Positions 12,251-24,520 of a stretch of DNA of 64,000 nt are shown here, one piece after another. The position numbers were made by a program, and so were the translations under genes. Origin of the DNA: Octopus bimaculoides (Eukaryota). Each line of letters starts with the position of its first letter. Position 1 is the first letter of the stretch. The notes beneath the pieces are model-generated. The model was not told where the DNA came from. It saw only the letters and a program-made list of their open reading frames with translations, and did not search any database. Where the stretch lies: the NCBI RefSeq assembly GCF_001194135.2, contig NC_068989.1, positions 130,576 through 194,575 on the forward strand, written 5' to 3'.

Positions 12251-13096
12251 CTTTCTTTGAATAGTTTACATTCTGTGTGTGTGTATAAGGTCAGCACTGT
12301 TTAGATGCAAGAGCAAATCTGTTCTGGAGAATTCACTTGAGTTTTGAAGAGGGTTAATAATTGTTGCCTGTGAGACAATGCAGCTGTGATATAAGAATAA
12401 TAACAACCAATGAAACATTTAGAGAGAGAATTTATAATAGTAAATGGAGGATTCAAGGGTCTGACATAGGACTGGCAGTGATGGAGAGCACTGGTGGATC
12501 TGGTCAGCTGTGTGCATGATGACATCTCTAGGACCACTAAGTTGGGATGACCCCCAGCTCCATTAAGCAAGAGCATGAAGCAAGTAAACAAGGAAGGTTT
12601 TTGAATAGTTGTCCAATGTACAGGTGAAGTTTCACTTGATAAATCTTCAATAAAGGCAGGATAATCAGTATCCTCTTAATGCTTGGGCACACTGGCAGTT
12701 GTCTAGGGGGACCAACAGTAATACTGTGTATACTGTAGCTTGCTGTCAATAAATGCTTTATTTGGAAGTCTGTTATACGGTTAAGTTGACCCTTATAATT
12801 AATGAAACAAACATACTTTCTAAAGCTGGAAATTGAAGCTATGTTAATGTTATTAATGTTTAATTTAAATGAAGTGGGTGGCTGGCTGCAAAGAAATTAA
12901 GAACAAAGATGGTTTGATAAATATGGAATTCTGAACTTTTTTTTTTTTTAATGGTTACTAACTTTATTTTGTTTTAACACATACTTTTGAAAATAATTTA
13001 CATATTTACAAAAGATCAAATAAAATCAAACCTGAAAAGATTCTGAAATTCTTATAAAAAGATTGTGTATGCATTTGTTCATGTATTGACTTAATA

Positions 13097-13290
13097 TCAT
13101 CATTATTTAACATCCACTTTCTATGCTGGCATGGGTTGGACGGTTTGACTGAAAACTGGTAAGCTGAGGAGCTGCATCAGGTTCCAATCTGATTTGGCAC
13201 GGTTTCTATGGCTGAACGTCCAATGCCAACCGCTCCAAGAGTGTAGGGGTGCTTTTTACATGCCACTGGCAATGGCTATGACTACAATCC
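13097..13290 (-). mobile_element. RTE 3' UTR copy
   Basis: catcattatttaacatccactttctatgctggcatgggttggacgg... Confidence 0.8.
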
Positions 13291-13394
13291 CAGCATTAGA
13301 CATAAAAAAGAAAGTTTAAAATAAAGATGATGTGTTTTTTTTCTCAAAATTCCACATAAGTTTACATGTTTACTATCATCTAATTTTTTTTTAG

Positions 13395-13518
13395 TATTGG
13401 TAAACGTAAGAACCAAATTCTGCAGCATCGAGCTGCAGTGAAAGAAAAGGCTTTACAACGGGCAGACGACTTAGAAAAGGCTAGGAAATTTCTTGAATTC
13501 AAGCGTAATGCTAATGAA
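13395..13518 (+). CDS. SPTBN5: betaH-spectrin exon 9
   Basis: tttag|...|gtaagt; IGKRKNQILQHRAAVKEKALQRADDLEKARKFLEFKRNANE; 124 nt, phase 2->0. Confidence 0.93.
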
Positions 13519-13794
13519 GTAAGTAGCTTCTCTAAAGATCATCTTTGGTAATTTTTTCATATTGCAGATTAATTCAGTTATGTATTTTTATTTTCTTAGC
13601 CCACAAAAGAGAATATTTACCTGTAACCTGTGAAACCATTTGATATTAGAAGGTGGAGCCAAATGAGTGGAGGTGTTGAATATTTAAGGTTTCAAAACAG
13701 AGTGGGGAGCTTTCAAATGGTTTTATGTGATTTAAAGTAACCCATCTTTCCTCAACAGAAGTCTGCAACCAAGATTCCAGTTTCAAAGCATTTT

Positions 13795-13833
<39 letters not shown>

Positions 13834-14022
13834 TGGCATCTGTTTGACTAGATCAATACAGTGATTGTCAGAAATGAATGAAACTGCAGGAAAGACGTAA
13901 TAACAAGGCTGCATCAAAGCATCAATGAAAATCTTAAATGGTAGCCTAATGTAATGTAGGAACAGCACTATTTCTATTTTCAGATGAATCTATTCTGATG
14001 TTTTTTTTCTAATTTCTTTCAG

Positions 14023-14166
14023 CTGTCTGAATGGATCAAAAACAAAAACCAATCAGTTAAAGACTCCTCTAAAGATGCCACTAATGTATCAGCTGCCTTG
14101 TTGAAACACCAAGCTTTTGAAGCTGAGCTAAAGGCTAACAGTGAATGGCTTCAGTCTTTGAATAAG
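14023..14166 (+). CDS. SPTBN5: betaH-spectrin exon 10
   Basis: ttcag|...|gtattt; LSEWIKNK...LLKHQAFEAELKANSEWLQSLNK; 144 nt, phase 0->0. Confidence 0.93.
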
Positions 14167-14439
14167 GTATTTTGGAGTTTTGTAGGATTTTATTTGTTTT
14201 GTTTTTTGATGATGTTGTCAATCATAGTCTGAAAGAACACCATTTTGCAATTTTGTTTCTAAAGTACTTCTGCATCAATCCTGTCCAAAGTGATGGCTAT
14301 TTTGGTCAAATTCTTTGGGTCTTTATAATAGTTACAAAACTGACTGTTTCTTTTTTTTTTTTTTTTTTTTTTTTTTTTGTTTTGGTTTTACATTTTAAAT
14401 TTGACTAATCTGCATTTTCTCCCATTACCTTACCTGAAA

Positions 14440-16322
14440 TAAAAAGATGTTCTGGAAAGAGGTGCAGAGGGTAAGAAAGGTGGTTGAAGGAAGGGAAGAA
14501 AGGGTGAAGGATGTAAATGGAAGCAAGGATGTACAAAGGAGATGGGCAGTGTATTTTAGTGAGCTGTTAAATGTGGAGAATGTTAGGGAGGCAAGTATAG
14601 TGGCTGTTAAAGGAGAGAGGAGAATGCCTGTTGTTGGGAATGGCAGTACGGTGCAATTGGAAGAGAGGTAAGGGAATCCTTGCAGAAGATGGCAAACCGG
14701 AAGGCACCAGATACAGATGGGTATACAGTGGAATGCTTAAAGAAAGAAAGGGGTGACAGTGATTGAATGGTTACTGAGGCTTATGAATGCTTGTTATATG
14801 GCTGGAAGAGTACCAAAGGACTGGTGCAGTGCCTGTATAGTGCCACTGTACAAGGGGAAAGGGGATAAATGTACGTGTAGAAATTTTAAGGGTAGAAGTC
14901 TTCTGTGTGGTTGGTAAACTATATGGGAGAATTCTGATTGTAAGGGGGAGGAGCAGTGTGGTTTTAGGAGTGGAAACGGGGTGTGCAGATCAAATATTTA
15001 TAATAAGGCAGATGTGTGAGAAGTTTTTGGCAAAAGGGAGGGAGGTGTATTGGGCCTTTATGGATTTAGAGAAGGCATATGACCTTGTGGACAAGAATGC
15101 AATGTGGCAGGTATTGCAGTTGTATGGAGTAGATGGTAGATTGTTGAAAGCTGCTCAGAGTTTTTATAGAGATATTTTGGTGGTGAAGTGAGTGGTTTGA
15201 TGTGAAGGTGGGGTTAAGACAGGGTTGTGTTATGTCTCCATGGCTGTTTAATTTATATATGGATGGTGTGGTGAGAGAGGTAAATGCTAGAACCTTTGGT
15301 AGGGGAACCCAAATGGTGGAAGAAAATGGAGAAAAATGGCAGGTGAGTCAGTTGTTGTTGTTTGCTGATGATACAGCACTGGTGGTGGATTCGGAAGAGC
15401 AACTGAGGAGACTGGTGGTAGAGTTTGGAAGAGTGTGTGAGAGGAGGAAACTGAAAGAGAATGTAGCTAAGAGTAAAGTGATGTTTGAGAGATGGAATGG
15501 CTGGTAGGATGGATGTGAGTATAAATGGTGAGATGTTAGAGGAGGTGAGCGTTTTTAAGGATCTGGGATCACATGTGACGACAGATGGGGATGGGGTTGG
15601 CTGAGGAAGTGGGATATAGAGTGAGGGGGGGAGTAAAATATTTGGAGTTGTGAAAGTTATGCTGAGATATAAAAGGTTGAGTATGGAAATAAAAAGAGGT
15701 GTGATTGAGCTGACAATGTTATATGGTGCAGAGATGTGGGGGCTGAGAGAGGCAGAAAGGAGGTGACTACGTGTGTTTGAGATGAGATGACTGAGGGCTA
15801 TGGTTGGTTTGACACGGATGGACAGAATGAGGAGGTGTGAAGGCAAGCAGGAATGAGAGAAAAACTAACAACCAAAATGGATAGATGAATATTGAGGTGG
15901 TTTGGTGGACATGGAAAGGATGGTAAGGAGGGTGATGAAGGCAGCAGAACCAGAGGCAGACCTCAGTTTGTGTGGATGGATGGAGTGAGGGAAGCTTTGG
16001 TGGTTAGAGGTGTTGGAGTGAGAAAGGCAAGAGAGTTTCTAAATGATTGGAAAGCTTGGAGAGTGTTTGTGGATGGATGAGTGAATCTGGATGTTGCTCA
16101 AAGGAATACAGCACCAGCATGATGCGGCAGGGGTAAACCAACATATGCTGTCAGGCCGCGCTGCTGATATTAGGGGTTGCATTCTATGCCTTGACCCGAG
16201 CATAGAATGGAGCTCACCTCTTTGAGATGGGAAATGAATGGAATGTCTGCTGTGTGTCTTGTTGTGGCTACTCCCTCCTAAAAAAAATGGGGAATAGGCC
16301 TGGGTAGATATGAAAAAAAAAT
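14440..16322 (+). mobile_element. 5'-truncated RTE LINE (second family), RT through 3' UTR
   Basis: Frameshifted ORF pieces FMDLEKAYD, GLRQGCVMSPWLFNLYMD, LLFADDTALV, RWFGH, RGRP; A-rich end near 16314. Confidence 0.9.
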
Positions 16323-16489
16323 ACCTTGCTCCAATAGGAAGAAAAGATTAAATACTATGTTTCTGTTTTAGTTTACTTGAAGTAATATAAAGAGAGACTA
16401 TATGTGATGAGTTTTATTTTCCTGTAGTAGAAAATAAGAGAAATCTATATTTTAAAGTACAAATAGAAAGATATATTTTTTTTTTTCCA

Positions 16490-16620
16490 ATGTGCAAGAG
16501 CAGCCATATATAGGATAAAATCCTAGAAGAAACTTGCTCTGGCTGCCACACAATGGACTGAACCCAAAACCATTTGGTTGAAAACTGAACTTCATAACCA
16601 CACAGCTATATTTGTGCCAC
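16490..16620 (-). mobile_element. tRNA-derived SINE (family A), degenerate
   Basis: ggactgaacccaaaaccatttggttg...aaccacacagc = reverse of the family A head. Confidence 0.55.
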
Positions 16621-16798
16621 ACACACAATATTCATTTCATGCTAAATGTCATATCTATTTGAATAAATTTTCAAGTGTGTGTGTGTGTGTGTGTGTAGAG
16701 TAAAAACTTACTGATCAAATGATTTTTGTTCATTTTACATTAATAAAACTGATGTTTATGATTTTGTTTTAATGTTTATATCATTTATTCTTTGGTAG

Positions 16799-16972
16799 GA
16801 TGGAAAGGCTATGCTTGATTCTGGTCATGAAAACTCTAAAGAGGTGCAAGAAATTCTCAGTCAAGTGAATAAACAGTGGGAAGAATTATATAAAAATTCT
16901 GTAAATCAGTCCAGTACTTTAAACCATGCTTCACAGATAGGAAATCTCAATAAGAGTGTTGATGATTCCATT
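16799..16972 (+). CDS. SPTBN5: betaH-spectrin exon 11
   Basis: ggtag|...|gtaagt; DGKAMLDSGHENSKEV...KQWEEL...NKSVDDSI; 174 nt, phase 0->0. Confidence 0.93.
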
Positions 16973-17409
16973 GTAAGTTTTGATTCTCTACTTTTCTGTT
17001 ATTATATTCCAACTTTTCTGTTAATGCTTAAACATGATAGGGATTTTTACTGCTAATATTTATAGTTGAAAGATGAAATATTTAATAACATTGGATATTG
17101 ATTAAAAAAATTAAATAAAACAGACATCTATATTGTATTACAACTACTTGAAGCCAGGGGGTTGAATATTGCTATGAAGAAGTTAGGTTGATTGTCTCCT
17201 TGTGGTTGTAAAGTGTTGATGACTTGGGATTTGCCATATCTGAGTGAATTATATGATCTGATCTCTAAAGTACAAATGCTGGACTTAAAAATTGAACAAA
17301 GTGAATTATAAATGCATTCCTTTGATGTTTTCACTAAATATTTATTGAATATTACTCAAACTAAGCATTAGAACATATTTTATTTTACAATTTTTTTTTT
17401 TAATATTAG

Positions 17410-17499
17410 GTAAGTATAACAGAACTTGGTAACAAAGTCAGATGTGAAGATGTTGGGTCTGATCTTCGGAATTGTAAAGATCTTCTAAAGAAACACCAG
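17410..17499 (+). CDS. SPTBN5: betaH-spectrin exon 12
   Basis: attag|GTAAGT...|gtttgt; VSITELGNKVRCEDVGSDLRNCKDLLKKHQ; 90 nt, phase 0->0. Confidence 0.9.
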
Positions 17500-17909
17500 G
17501 TTTGTATTTTTCCTTAACTCTTTAATGGATATTATCTCTACAAGCATCAAGAATTGTAATTTGATCCTGACTATATTTAAAATTTGATCTACGGGAATCA
17601 TATTTTCCAAACTCTCATTTTATGATCCTTTTGAGTTGGTTGCATCCAGCTATATAGTCACAAGAATATTTTCAATAAAGTGTCCATTTATGAAGGATAA
17701 AGTATTTTCAAAAACATTCCTAATATATTCCCCTTTTTAAGAGCACTTTCTGCTCACTAAACTTACAAATAATTTAGGTTTCTATGTGCCCATAAAACTT
17801 TTATCATATAAATGAGGTTTTCAAAGGTACAAATGAAGTTGGATTTAATTTTCAATTTTTTCCCCTTGTCTAAAATTCTGATCCTTCCAAAAGATTGGGA
17901 CATGTTCTG

Positions 17910-18640
17910 AGTTGGATGGTTTGATTAATAACTGGTAAGCTGAGGAGCTGCACTAGGTTCCAATCTGGTTTAGCATAGTTTTTACAGCTGGATGCCCTTC
18001 CTGTCACCAACCATTCCAAGAGTGGGTGCTTTTTATGTGCCAGTTGCGAAACACCAGCATTGACCACAGCTACAATCTCACTTGGCTTGACAGGTCTTCT
18101 CAAGCATGCTATATTGCCAAATGTTGTGGTCACTGCCACTGTGAGGTCCCAAGTTCAAAGGATGCTTTTTACGTGCCACTGGCATGGGTGCCAGGTACAT
18201 GACACTGGCAACAGCCATAACTGTGATTCCACTTGGCTTGACGATTCTTCTCAAGCACAGCATATTGACCAACATTCGAAGGGTGCTCTCTACGTGTCAC
18301 TGGCATGAGTGCCAGTTACACTACACTGGCGTCAGCCACGACTGCAAATTCACTTGGCTTGATGGGTCTTCTCAAGCACAGCTTATCACCAAAGGTCTCA
18401 GTCACTTGCCTTTGCCTCCATGAGGTCCGAAGTTAGAAGATCGTGCTTCATCACCTTGTCCCATGTCTTCTTGGGTCTACCTCTTCCACAGGTTCCCTCC
18501 ACTGTTGGAGGTTGGTACTTCTTCACACTGCTCTCCTCATCCATAAGCATCACATGACCTTACCAGTGCAGTCATCTCTCTTGTACACCTCATCTGATGC
18601 TTCTTATGCCCAACATTTCTCTCAAGATGCTTACATTTTT
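17910..18640 (-). mobile_element. RTE LINE 3' end (ORF C-terminus plus 3' UTR)
   Basis: Reverse strand encodes a degenerate RLxWxGHV...GRPKKTW segment; UTR matches the young copies. Confidence 0.85.
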
Positions 18641-18939
18641 GTGTAACATCCATATTAATTATTGTCAATGACTGATATGAAGATAAATAAATTTGACCAG
18701 TTTTTAACTTATTTGCTGACTTGGCTGACTGGAAGCAGCAGATAAGAGTTAATTCCGACATGTTCAAATGAGATGATTTTATAAATAGGAAAATTCGACT
18801 TAAGTAGATTCATAGCGCCTCCACAGCAAGAAACCTGTTCTGTTCTGGCCCATCCTCTCACACTCTAATCCTTCATACCCTAGCATAAAGCTGCCTAAAA
18901 CCTCTGTAGTAGCCCTCCCAGTTTAAGGAAATCCTAGTC

Positions 18940-19168
18940 TTTCAGGCTGCATGGTAACTTCATTATTGCTTGTACCACACAAAAAAGAAAGTATCCTGTA
19001 TCTGCTATAAAAGGGCTGGTGTTAGGAAGAGCATCTAGCCATAAAAAAAAAACCCATGCCAAAGCAGACACTAGAGTCTAATTCAGTCTTCGGACCCATC
19101 ATATCCAACTAAACTGTCCAATCCATGCTAGCATTGGAACGTAAACATTAAATGATGATGATGATGAT
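18940..19168 (+). mobile_element. RTE-tail element, (GAT)n end
   Basis: ggtgttaggaagagcatctagcc...ccaatccatgctagcattggaacgtaaacattaaatgatgatgatg. Confidence 0.7.
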
Positions 19169-19300
19169 AATAAGGTACAAATTAGGTTAGCAAAATTATC
19201 AATTTACAAATATATTTACTTTTTTCTTTTTACCTTTTTGAAAATTGAAAATGAATTCTAGTTTCTTTCTTGAGAATTTCATTCTTATTTTATTCCTCAG

Positions 19301-19431
19301 AACCTTGAAAATGAGAAAGCATCAATTGGAGAGAATTTGAAAGTTATAACTTGCCAAAGTCAAGAATTAGCTAAAGCTGATCCCAAAAACAAAGCTAACA
19401 TTATTCAGAGTGTAAATGAAGCTAATATTGA
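19301..19431 (+). CDS. SPTBN5: betaH-spectrin exon 13
   Basis: ctcag|...|gtaaga; NLENEKASIGENLKVITCQSQELAKADPKNKANIIQSVNEANI(E); 131 nt, phase 0->2. Confidence 0.92.
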
Positions 19432-19549
19432 GTAAGACACTTTTGAATTCTTAAACTTTACCAGAAACAAAGAATTTCTCATCTTTTTCGTTAGCTTACC
19501 ATATTATCCTGAGGCCTTTAACAGTTGAACATACATATTAACACATGTG

Positions 19550-19700
19550 ACAGGCTTCTTTGAGGTTCTGCCTACCAGATTCACTCACAAGGCTTTGGCC
19601 AACTCAGGGCTATAGTAGAAGAAAATTGTCCAAGGTGCCATGCAATGAGACTGAACCTGGTAAGCTGTGGCTGGGAAGCAAGCTTTTTACTGCTCAATCA
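19550..19700 (-). mobile_element. tRNA-derived SINE (family A)
   Basis: ctaccagattcactcacaaggctttggcc...gctatagtagaag...ctgaacctgg...gggaagcaagc. Confidence 0.7.
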
Positions 19701-19994
19701 TGCTGGCACCTGTTAAAAATGTAGTTGATTTTAAAGAAGTTTATTTTCATTTCATTATTTCAGATATAAGTTAATTCTTCTTTTTGCAACATTAAAGAAT
19801 CATTTCAAAGGATTTTTTTCTGATCAAATTAACAATCCATTTAGTTTGACTAAATTTTATTTTTTATTTTTGTAATACTTGTGATTTATATTGTGTAATA
19901 TTAGTTATGTTGTTTCAAATATTGTTATCTATAGCTTGGTTTTTTTTTATGAATTTTATTTGATTAACTCTGACTGTTTTCTTTTTTATTTCAG

Positions 19995-20181
19995 ATTTGA
20001 AAAACTGACACCTAAGTTTAATTCCCGTAAGCAAACTTTGAATCAAGCTTATGGTTGGCACCAAATGAATTTTGATGTTGATAATGAACTTCTATGGATC
20101 AAAGAAAAGCTACATAGTGTCTCTTCTACTAATTATGGTAAAACCCTGTTGGAGGCTCAGAATTTGCACACAAAACATCAG
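19995..20181 (+). CDS. SPTBN5: betaH-spectrin exon 14
   Basis: ttcag|...|gtatga; FEKLTPK...FDVDNELLWIKEK...YGKTLLEAQNLHTKHQ; 187 nt, phase 2->0. Confidence 0.94.
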
Positions 20182-21209
20182 GTATGATACTCTGTGATTT
20201 TGTGGGCACATTTTCTTTCCCAATTTTGGTAACAACACAATATCTACAGATATTTCTTAAAATAAAAACAAAATCATCTTGTGTGTTTTGTTTATTAGTG
20301 TTTTTTTTTTCTGTTTACTATTGTACACTATTGTCCATTTACTTTGTGATTTACTCATAAACTATTTCAAAAGTTACAATGTCTACACTTCACTGATGAG
20401 GTCTAATAAGACTGAATCAAGTTTAGAGTTGTTCCCCTTACTTGCTGAACGATATAAATAATGTTAACCATTGACTAATATTGTTTTCCTTTCCCAATTT
20501 TTTTGAGTTTTTTGATTTTAGCTTTATTGATACCTCTCAGAAAAGTGTGTTACTTAAAAATTAATAAATTTATTTGTTAAAAGAAAAAATTATGTTTTTA
20601 AAATATTTAAAAATGTAATGCTTTTATATTTTTGAAAATTGATTCTCTTTATCAAAACTGGACATTTAGTGGGGAATGATCCTAATTAGCTTTTGTTTGG
20701 GGTTCAGGGTATCCATCATTTAGGAAATATGGACTGAAATAATAGCCTGTTGCTTCTTGAAACTTCTGAAATTTTAGATGGTTGACTTTGTATTCCTGCT
20801 TTTAGCTGTTTATATCAATGTAGCTTATTAGAATTCACTATTATACTTCATGCAACTCAACTCTGATTGTGTATACTTGTAATCAAATTCATTCCCACAT
20901 TGTTCATTCTACCTGTCCCCTCAAGTATAATGTAGTTTGGATTACTGTACCTAATGTGCCCTTTTTTCCTAAATTTAAAATGGAAATTTTATAGAAAATT
21001 GAAATAGGAATTAATTAAAATTTCAGGCTTTTATTGAATTTCAATTTCACTTTCTTATTTTGATTCATGAAAAGTAAATCACTGAATTGATTTTTTTATA
21101 AAATATATTAAAAAAAAAAAAAAAAGGTGTCCTTGTGAAATTCTTCTCTTTCATATTTAAAACTATCGCTTCATTTCTTTTTGTTTTTTGTTTTTTTCTT
21201 TATTTTTAG

Positions 21210-21410
21210 AAATTGGGTGTTGAAATTCAAGGTCATCAACCCTTGATAGACAAAGTTTTATCTACTGGAGCAAAACTCATTCAGGAACAACACTTTGCTT
21301 CTAAGTCTATAAAAGACAAATGCCAGGACCTGCAACTCTCTTGGGATGACCTACTTCGTAAATATAAGATCAGAAAGAAGAATCTAGATTTGTCTTTACA
21401 AACTCAGAAG
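21210..21410 (+). CDS. SPTBN5: betaH-spectrin exon 15
   Basis: tttag|...|gtataa; KLGVEIQGHQPLIDKV...SWDDLL...LSLQTQK; 201 nt, phase 0->0. Confidence 0.94.
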
Positions 21411-22107
21411 GTATAAATATTTATTTAAGTCAAATGATTACTTCCATAAGAAATAAATATTCACAATTGTTTGTATTAGTATTTAGTAGAAAGGATCAAA
21501 ACCTATGACCCTTTTCTCTCCATTCATCACCAAGCTATTAATTTTGATATAGTTTGGTGTTCAGTTTGAACATCTGATTATCAACATCTGCTGAGGTAGA
21601 TGTAGACGATTCTTGAGGTCTGAGTGAGGAAGTAACTTGCTATTCTGAGGTGCAGTATCCATTGTAGTTTTAAAAGAGGAAACAGCATGCCTCCTACATT
21701 GTTATAGTTTTAGAGTAAGTAATGAGGAGACAGTAGTGTGAAGGAGAGAAAATCTTTGCCACTCAACTGAGTGTTTTGATTTTAGATGAGGTCTAATACG
21801 TATGTGTAACAGTTCTTTGCCAGATGTGTGAACAGTAATTCATGGTGTTTCTCACTTCTACTCCATACAGTCACTAATTTTCTGGCCCTAAAGAGAAAAA
21901 CCAATTTTTGGCATGCAGTTTTATTTTTGCTACGTTATGAATGTTAGTGAGATTGCTAAGGGAGATGATCTGTAATTGTGAGGCCTAACGTTTAGAGTGA
22001 TTTTGAGGATTTTAATTGTATGTTGGCCCATACTAGAAAATGTGAAAGAGAAGACTATCCTTGATGTGTGTAATAATTGTCTCTTTGTTTTGTTAAAGGG
22101 ATGAGAC

Positions 22108-22722
22108 TCATCATCATCATCATTTTACGTCTGTTTTCCATGCTGGCATGGGTTGGACAGTTCGACTGGGGTCTGGGAAGCCAATCTGATCTGGCAGTGT
22201 TTCTACAGCTGGATGCCCTTCCTAATGCCAACCACTCCGAGAGTGTAGTGGGTGCTTTTTACGTGCCACTGGCACAAGGGGCCAGAGGAGCTGGCATCGA
22301 CCACGATCGGATGGTGCTTTTTACGTGCCACCGACACAGAAGCCAGTCGAGGTGGCACTGGCATCGGCCACATTCAGATGGTGCTTTTTACGTGCTACCA
22401 GGACGGGGCTCACAACTACAATTTCCATTTGATTTGATTTTGATATTGCTGATGTTGATGTACTTGACTCAATAGGTCTCCTCAAGCACAGTACTTTTGA
22501 GTGGGCTGGTTTTGCGACACTGGTGTAAGTTACAGCTGTGTACTCACTTTATTTGCCGGGTCTTCTCAGTCACAGCATACCTCCAGAGGTCTCTGTCTTT
22601 TGCCATTGCCTCTGTGAGGCCCAACATTCAAAGGTCATGCTTCAATACCTCATCCCATGTCTTCCTGGGTCTCCTTCTACCCTGGATTCCTTCCACCGTT
22701 TGGGAGTGGCACTTCTTCCATT
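22108..22722 (-). mobile_element. RTE LINE 3' end
   Basis: (CAT)n tail, UTR with internal tandem units, and reverse-strand GRRPRKTWDEVLKHDL ORF end. Confidence 0.88.
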
Positions 22723-23638
22723 TCAATATTGGGAAATGTCTTTGAGGTCTCTGCTCTTGGTAATGATACAGGTTTGACATAAAGTGTCTTGATGGCATGT
22801 GGATGATGCTTGTGTATGGAAAGTTACGGTGGAATGGAGAGTCATTTCATCTCCACCAAAGGGAGCATTAATAGAAATGTTAACAAACCTGGGGTGGGAG
22901 TGCTTATCTCTCAATCAGAGATATATGATGGTGATAACACTAATTATTGTAGAAATTTTTAGATGACAAACATTTCATTTCATTTCGATTTCAGTAGCAT
23001 CAGCCTTAGCAGGGTGTGAAAGCTAAAAACAGTTGTAGTATTGAAGTAAATGAGGACAATAATTTAAGTTCAAATCCTACCAAATTTTAGTTAAAATTCT
23101 GATCTGGTTGATAAACTAAGTATCAATTATAAACTCATGTAGTTGATTATATTCTCTCCATCAACCTCTTTCAGCAGCTGAACTTAGATTTGAATAGATA
23201 TTCATTTCATTGCCATCGTTAATCAAAGTAGATTCATTTATTTCTGCTCATTATATATTTCAGTGTTTGTTTCCACATCATTTACTGATCATGGAATCAA
23301 TATGATATTAGAAATATAATCCTGACACCACAGCTCTACGTTCTCTCATTCTTTTATTTATTTATTTATTTTAGCATATATTTTACTTCCTTAAAATTAC
23401 TGATAGATTTCTATGGACATATTATGTGTTCATTGTATTTTTGAACCCATTGATTAAACAAGCAAATTATGCAACATATTAGCCAGTTATTGGAATTATT
23501 TTGGACCTTTTTTTAAGGTTCAAATGCTAATCAAATCTTACATGTACCAGTTTGTGTCGGAAAAAATTCTTTTTCCAGTTAAATTTATTTCATTTTGTTA
23601 ATCACGATAAAAATGGACTTCAAAATTTGTTTTCAAAG

Positions 23639-23869
23639 TATTTATCAGAAGTAGCAGAAGTAACTAGCTGGATTAACTACCAAATGGAGATTTTATCAAG
23701 CACGGATTATGGTAAAGATGAAAATGCTGCTGACAGGCTGTTGGCAAAGAATAAGGTGTTAGAGACTGACCGACAGACCTATCAAGGTGTGGCTAATGCA
23801 CTTGGCAAAGAAGCTACCAGACTCATTAAAAGTGGCAGTGATAATCCTTCAATGATTCGTAAAACACAG
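23639..23869 (+). CDS. SPTBN5: betaH-spectrin exon 16
   Basis: tcaaag|...|gttaga; YLSEVAEVTSWIN...STDYGKDENAADRLL...MIRKTQ; 231 nt, phase 0->0. Confidence 0.92.
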
Positions 23870-24337
23870 GTTAGAATTTTCTTTAAAGACTTTTCTCTAA
23901 GAACACAATTTCTTTCTAAATAGTTGCACATTATAGTTTATGCTTGTATTCATTGAACATATTGAAGATTTGGAGAGTTCTGGCTGCCTGCTGAAAGGGT
24001 AACACTTCAAATCCCACCAAGTCCCATTGAAGTCACTTTTGTCTTTCATCCTTCCAGGATTGATAAAGCTCTAGCCCTGTACTGGGGGGACACACAAACA
24101 CACTCACATCCATTCACTCACTCACTCACTCACTCATTCTTCTATGAGTAAATGGTTAAAACTTTACAGTAAATACAATGGTTGAAATTTTTTTTACTTT
24201 TTTTTTTAATTGTTTTGTAAATGTGATATTGATTTGTAAAATATATCTTGTACAATTTTATAACAGTTGTATTCTATTTGTTGACAGTCTTTTACATGTT
24301 TTTTTTTTTCTAATCAATTAATAACTTGTCCATTTAG

Positions 24338-24520
24338 GATGGTCTGTATGATATGTTGAATAAACTGAAACAGCTCTCAGCTGAGCGCCGTGTTAAACTG
24401 GAAGAGTCGAAAAATATTCATGCGTTCCGAAGAGAACATGCAGACTGTGAAGAATGGATTGCAGAACAGATGCAGATAGCTTCTTTGGAGGAATATGGAG
24501 AAGATTATGAACACTTCGAA
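24338..24520 (+). CDS. SPTBN5: betaH-spectrin exon 17
   Basis: tttag|...|gtaaga; DGLYDMLNKL...EEWIAEQ...YGEDYEHFE; 183 nt, phase 0->0. Confidence 0.94.

Noticed and set aside
14420-14446. Minus-strand ratchet site tttttatttcag|gtaagg
   Set aside because: No antisense gene is supported; the site sits at an RTE insertion junction and is probably chance.
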